From: Paragordius varius
Taxonomy: Eukaryota; Animalia; Nematomorpha
DNA: 64,000 nt
Direction: 5' to 3'
NCBI GenBank assembly: GCA_964247055.1
Contig: OZ176050.1
Span: 5,952,001 to 6,016,000 of the forward strand
The notes below the pieces were generated by a model. The model worked only from the letters and a program-made list of their open reading frames with translations, did not search any database and was not told the origin of the DNA. Below are positions 57,554-64,000 of this stretch, piece by piece. The position numbers were made by a program, and so were the translations under genes. Position 1 is the stretch's first letter; each line of letters begins with the position of its first letter.

Positions 57554-60500
57554 ATGGAGTTAAAGTCCGATGTAGTTCAATCCCGATCAAAAAAGCGTGA
57601 AGGTAAACCCTTATACCAATGGATCGCTTTTAGCGCTAGTAATCGCGATTTATCGTCATGCGCAAAGAAACCACCGTTTGTCACATCTGAAGAACTTGAT
57701 AAACACAAATCGATTTCAGATTGTTGGATGTGTCTTGGAGGTTTGTGATATATTTATACAAACATATAGATAAAGTATATAATTTGACTCCCTATGTGCA
57801 ATTTCATCCTGGCGGTATATCCGAATTAATGCGAGGAGCCGGAAAAGATGCAACTTCATTATTTTTTGAAGTATTATTTAAAATCTATGAACAATATATA
57901 AATTTATGCCATAATATTTTATATATTATTTTAACTTCATTTATAGGCACATAAGTGGGTAAATTATGACCAAATGTTAAAAAAATGCTACATTGCTCCA
58001 TATCGAAAAACCAATGCAATTACCAGAAATTCTCTTACTGTTTCCGCCATACCATTTGATATAAGTATATTAAAATATTTTTTAATTCATATTTATAGCA
58101 TGCTTTGATATTAAACCTTTCTACCATATATTTAAACAACTAAATTATTTTAGAATCTGCATCGTTTACTACTTCTCCGTTACAAAATGCAATAGATGAT
58201 GTTGACACCTCAACCAAATTAATGTAAAAATTTTAGCATTAATTCACGGTTCAATAACACAAATTAAAATAATTGTGGATTATTTTACTCTTTTAATTTC
58301 TTTAATTTCTTGTTATAATCAAATTTAATCAATTATTAAACCACAATAGGCGATTATATAAACAACATTTCAAAATTCTACGTATAGTATGGTTGTTATG
58401 GCAAAAATTGGTTTGTATATAATAATCTAGAACATTCTTGTTACATATATTTTTGCAGAAGTTACGAGATTTATGAAAAACAACGACGCAAAATATTAGT
58501 GCCTGATCAAACTAATAGCACTCAATTTGATACTCTTGCCTTAATAATCAAGCCTACAAATCATCAGTTAACATTCCAAAAGGGTTTTGTTTCCCAACTC
58601 AATGGACAAATATTTTCTTTTCTTTGTTATCTTAAGGATTTGAGATATTGTATCCATATAAGTATACTGAAAATAATTATCTTTTTACGATGGCTCAGTT
58701 TATTACATATTATATATAATTATTTATATACATTTTTCACTAAAGACTTTGTTTATCATTGAGACAGGTTTTAATTTACATAAAATAAAAACACAACTAT
58801 TTTTTTCTTTTAAGCAGAAAATATTCGTTTGTTATTAATTGCATATTGAATTAACACTTACAACAAAGGTTTTTTACTCTAGATTTTATTAGACCACTTT
58901 ATTTAACATTTATATTATAATCTAATTTTTCTAGAAATTTCCAATCAAATCCGAAACTATTGTAAAGGTAATGCATGTTTAACACATTTTTCTTGCAAAA
59001 TCTTTTACTATAAACTCTTTTTTGTATAATAGTTAAATGGGAAAATATGGATTTAGGCACGCTTGAAATAAATTTTTATTATACGAATCCTTATGATGAC
59101 AAAAGTTTCAACTATAGATCACGGACACCATCTCCAAACGGTTTGTAATCATAAAATATATATATAGACTATTTTTTTATTGTTTAAAAAATCAATTATT
59201 AATTTTAATATATATATTTATCTTAATGGCTATATTTCTTACAGCTCTTTAATTTATCTTTTATAATATAATTACGATTATAAAAAAATGTAAATAATTT
59301 TTAATCATTATTTAAGTCCACATTACATCTTTGTTTTTATAAGTATATATAGGGTTAAATTTAAAAAGCTTGGATTTGTAATACTTATTGTGGTATACAT
59401 ATCACATTATTTATTATAGATACAGCCATTTTGGCATATTCCATTTTTTATTTACTCTGTTTCTTGAAGGCATCCTATATCTATAATTTTTCTTTAATCT
59501 AATGATGCCGGTATTAATATATTGTTTAATGACAAAATATTTTAAATTTAAGATCCTATTAAGGAGGTTATTTCTTTTTTACAGTCATATTAAATTTACG
59601 ATTTTATTATGTATTGAAGTTTATATATGCTTATTAATTTACCTTGCAATAACAACACAACTTTCGTAATCAATAGTGAGAATGCAAAAATTATGGCCAT
59701 TATATGAATAAAAATGTTGTTTTTTATCAAAACCGTTGTTGTTATAAGTCAGGATATTAAGTGTGCATCAAGGTTGGGTTTAAGTCTAAAATTAAACACT
59801 CGATTAATTAATTTCAAGCAAAAATTTATTTTGTCCCCAAACGGGAACATTATGAGAAAGGGATCTACCGTATTAGTTCCCTCCTTATAATAGCCGCTTC
59901 AATAGTGGTAAACGCAAACGATTTTAATTTTAAAACCAAAACCTTTAGGACCCTACTTGGAAATTGGAAAAGTCAATTATAATCATGACTATTTTTTTAG
60001 AGGCCAACAGAATTTTATAAATAACTTATAGAAACTGTAACAAAACATATATGCTAAATAACTGTTTTAAACCTTTTATGACATTTACATCACATAAAAT
60101 CGTCCTATAACGACTAGCCATAAACTTGTATGCAAAAATTCTAATTTATGCCAAAATTCCATCCATTCAATCAATCTTCTATTAAGGAGATGCGAATTTT
60201 TATACAATTTAAAAAAATTCTTTAACATGGTTAACAAATTTGTTGTGTACGAACTTTATTTAAAAATCGAATGTTTCCAAAAAAATTAAGAAGATTAATA
60301 ATTAAAAAAATAACTATTTATAGAACAAACAAATAAAATCCAAATTTAATAAAGAAAACATGGCTTACCTCGAAAAAAGGTTATCAATCATAAAGTAAAA
60401 CGAAGAATATAAGTAAAATTGTTTAAACAGAACTAAAAGGATAAAATTTGATGAAAACTAACCTTAAAAGTATAATCTCCTTAATTAAGGTTTTATTTAC

Positions 60501-63492
60501 ATAATTAAACACCATAACCAACATTATGAATAATAATTAAGGACACAATCATTATATATATTACTTTTCTAATGTTTGATTATATATTCAGATGGCTCTA
60601 ATACCTCGATCACCAATTCGAAAGGTAGTTTACGGGAAACTTTTTTAAATCCCAATAATAGCAATAGCAATAATCAATTGAGCGTTAGTCATAGCGATAT
60701 GCGTCGCCCATCCGTTACACAAAACCTTTATTCTCCTTTGTTCAACAATGATAGGGCCTATTTTTCGGATGATTATTCAAGTTATAAATTTTATAATTTT
60801 AGTTTTTATATTAATACTACAATAAAACATGACATTTAAATCATATATTATAAGGTTAGTAAATATAACGCATTATATCAATTTTCTGTTTATTGTATGT
60901 CAATAATTTTAATATAAGTTTAAATTACTTGTGAATTATCACTATATCTTGTTTTTATACGATTTTATGTTAAAAGATATATCGATTTCTGATTCATACG
61001 CTACAGTGTAATTGATTACCTACTATAAAACATTTTTTCAAATTTTATTTGTTTTGTCTAGCACATTTAAGTTATTATCAATGCTTTCTAATTCGACGAC
61101 AAAAATTAACTCATGATACTCATTTATTTTCATTTATGGTTCCCGCCCACACATCCATGAAATGTCCATTGGGTTACCATGTTTATATTAAATTGTCAGA
61201 AAACGAAAAAGGTAGAATAAATCTTATTTATTCATTTATTTTCAAGGGTTAATTTTTAAATCTTTAAAAAGAAATCGTATGAAAATTTTATAGTTTTAAA
61301 ATTATATAAGGTTAATATATTATTATTTTAACTATTAAAGCATAATAAACATCCGAGTAATGTTGAACATTTTAGCTTATAAAACTTTATTGATAGATTT
61401 AATACGTCCTTACACACCAGTACCTCACACAATTTTATTAGACCGTGATGAAGTGTATTCTCCCTTTTCTGATATTATACCACAATACAATAAAACATTA
61501 AATTTTATAATAAAGATTTATCCTCATGGTGGATTGACAACATTGTTGGATGCTAATATAAAAACAAAAAGTATTGCTTAATATTAATATTTGTCATCTA
61601 ATTTTGATATCAACATTTTGTATTCCTTAAATTTATAGTTTTGATTTGAGTGCATTTATTTTTTAAAAAGGGCAAGTTTTAATGCGCCTGATTTTGGGTC
61701 TTTAGGTATTAGGATTATACGAATATGTTTAAGCATTTGTACGCAAACATAATTACATAGTTAAATTTAAATGAATTTGTTTATCTTGTATACATTAATT
61801 TAATATTCCATTATTTCAACAGACGATTCCGTATGGATTAGTGATTTTGTCGGGGATTTTGATGAAAATTTGTTGTGTGAATCTGTCTCAAGATCCAAAA
61901 ATTTTATTAACAATGCCAAAAATGCCGATCCAAACATTCCCATAATTTACGTTAATTCAGATAATGAACCAGATTTAGGTCATTTAGGATTTTTTAAAAA
62001 ATGATTACAAAAGATTTTAATGGTTTTTAACGTAAAAAAGGTTTTATTGCCTAAATATTAAATAATTAAAATTGTTTTAAATTTGAACAATATAATTAAT
62101 TTTATTCATACTTGTAAATTTAGCGATAATTAAATTATTTAAACGCAATTTCGCTAACTTTTTGAAAAAAAATAATTTCCAATTTTTAAATGACCGATAT
62201 TATTTTGTAGGTGGGGTTTTTGAAAAATTGAAAAAGGATGATATATTAAAGATTATTGATTATAATATATATATATATATGTCTATAATATTTGACAGAT
62301 TCAACAATTATAAAAAGTTTGGAGGATCGTTTTCTAATATTAATAACTGCCGGGACTGGGATAACACCTGCTCTGCAAATTCTACATCGATTTGGAATGG
62401 AAAATGCCTTGACAGATTATTACAACAAAGATTATAATCCATCGTTAACTGAAAAATCTGGAAAAGTCATTAAAGAAACCGTTTATAAAATTGGGCAGGA
62501 GAGCTCAAAAGAAAATGTGCAATACCAAAATTCCTATAAACCAAAACATAGGTTGGTATTACGCATTAATATTTACGAAATTACTTATTATTCATTTTAA
62601 TGTCTAGTTCAAATTTTCTCATTTATATGTTTCAATAAAAAATTTCGTTTGATAGTCAAAACTCCACCAAAGCAAAATTAAGCATATTGCTTCTCAATTT
62701 CAACAAAACTAGTCAAGATGTTATATGGAACAATGATCTTGCATCGATTGAATCTGAATTAAAGTAAAAATTTAATGGTAAATTATTTTTGGAAACAAAA
62801 AAAATTAATTATTTAAATGTACACCTATTTTCATTTTTTCAATTCGTAACTTAGTTTCAAAATGATAAACTTTCTTACGAGAGAAAGTCAAGACAAAAAT
62901 AGCAATACGACAGATATGAATACGAATCTCAAAGGTTTTATTATACGGGGTCATCGTATAAGTCCAGAGATAATTTTGTATGCAATGTATAACAATTTTA
63001 TCAAGACCAACCATCAATACTCAAACAACTGTAAAATTGATAATGATCTCAAAGTTCAAAATTATGATTTTGCAAATTGTGAAAATGTTATTGAACAAAT
63101 TCAAAATTCCGACATTTTTGCCTCTCTGTGTACACGGTTACGAGTTTGCGTTTGTGGATCTTATGAGTTCAACCAAGCTGCTTTAACGTATAATTAATAT
63201 TTTTGGTTTATTTTTGTCCCTAAATATATTAATAGCATTATAAAATACAATATTAAATTATTTATTGAAACAAATTAAAAATACTGCATAACATACAAGT
63301 CTAGTTTTGATTCCATGAGGAATGAATTTACGGTATTCTTAATATGCTATTTTAATAAATAATTTACCAAGTTATACCTAGATCAAACAAAAATAATTTT
63401 ATTATATTCTAAATTTTATTTTTTTATACTTACACAGATCGCTAACCAGTTGTGGAATCAAAGAATCTAATATATATATCTTTGCAGAATAA
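57554..63492 (+). CDS. CYB5R4: Cytochrome b5 reductase 4 (NCB5OR: cytochrome b5 + CS + FAD/NAD-binding domains), about 745 aa
   Basis: Exons 57554-57740, 57770-57870, 57947-58064, 58154-58223, 58459-58661, 58935-58967, 59033-59140, 60592-60780, 61062-61211, 61397-61570, 61823-61978, 62299-62551, 62656-62763, 62855-63187, 63438-63492. Motifs VTSEELDKH..DCWMCLGDKVYNLTPYVQFHPGG, AHKWVNY, LKDLRYCIHI, LTHDTHLF..PLGYHVY, RPYTPV, IKIYPHGGLT, ITAGTGITP, NFNKT..DVIW, CVCGS. Linker exons are less certain than domain exons. Confidence 0.92.
57741..57769 (+). other. 29-nt micro-intron, CYB5R4 intron 1
   Basis: GTTTGTGATATATTTATACAAACATATAG, phase 1. Removal gives CWMCLGDKVYN, gap-free against human CWICIRGFVYN. 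Retention stops at 57748. Confidence 0.88.
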
Positions 63493-64000
63493 TTAGTCCA
63501 AATTATATTATTTATTTTTATTTAGATAATAATCGAAAAAAACAAATATGTTAATAACGATGTAAATGTGATACATATAAGTGTTTTATAAATTTATGTA
63601 TTTATTATTAACTAATGTCTTTTATGCCAGCATCTGCAAGTAATTTTCGGCTAAAGCATCAAATTCTTTCGACTTTTCATCGTAATTTTTGGAAAACTCT
63701 TCATCAGAATGTTCGCTTCGTATTTGATTTAATAAACGTGACGTTTCCTATGTTTTGTGCAAAGTATATGAGTATAAATCATGTTCTTAGCGCGAATTCC
63801 CTAATCCTATAAAATTTAGCTAAGATTTTTCCCACTTTTTTACTATATTTTAAAATTAGGTAAAAGTCCTACACATAGCTTTCTGACCCAACTTTAAAAT
63901 TAACATTAGCGCATTTCTTATTTTATTTGGGAAGTTGATGGGTGCAGAATTATAATTGTTATCATATGCATTGTGGCGATCAGAACTATCAATTAAAAAT

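Noticed and set aside
58065-58098. Possible 34-nt intron in CYB5R4
   Set aside because: Using the 58098 acceptor leads to a downstream stop; the 58153 acceptor (89-nt intron) keeps the frame.
58411-58430. Possible 20-nt GT-AG intron plus a mini-exon from about 58350 in CYB5R4
   Set aside because: Not required: the donor at 58224 joins in frame to the strong TTTTGCAG acceptor at 58458 and gives a good CS-domain alignment.

Overview
Very AT-rich eukaryotic genomic DNA, apparently from an invertebrate animal (species not identifiable from sequence alone). I rebuilt six intron-containing genes by hand with phase-consistent GT-AG junctions: a 5'-partial P5B ATPase (ATP13A family, +, 354-10898), NOP56 (+, 16218/16363-25618), TSR2 (-, 33855-34471, absent from the ORF track), a 5'-incomplete smoothelin-like CH-domain gene (-, 38168-40821), a greatly expanded p110alpha-like class I PI3K (-, 43244-57490, 27 exons, about 1796 aa) and CYB5R4 (+, 57554-63492, head-to-head with PI3K, start codons 63 bp apart). 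Transposon content: a decayed Mag-like Ty3/Gypsy element with ~80-bp LTRs, a full-length decayed hAT (Buster/SPIN-like) element with a perfect 8-bp TSD, an RTE LINE fragment and several MITE families. The main finding is a separate class of ultra-short GT-AG introns (22, 22, 22, 23, 23 and 29 nt) in four genes. Five of the six are needed for a continuous protein model, and the NOP56 one is supported by phase and position. At least two appear to sit at ancestral intron positions, all lie within ~450 nt of the start codon, none is a multiple of 3, and all have YAA with the second A at -8/-9. Every other modelled intron is 65 nt or longer. All gene models are manual and have not been checked against transcripts.
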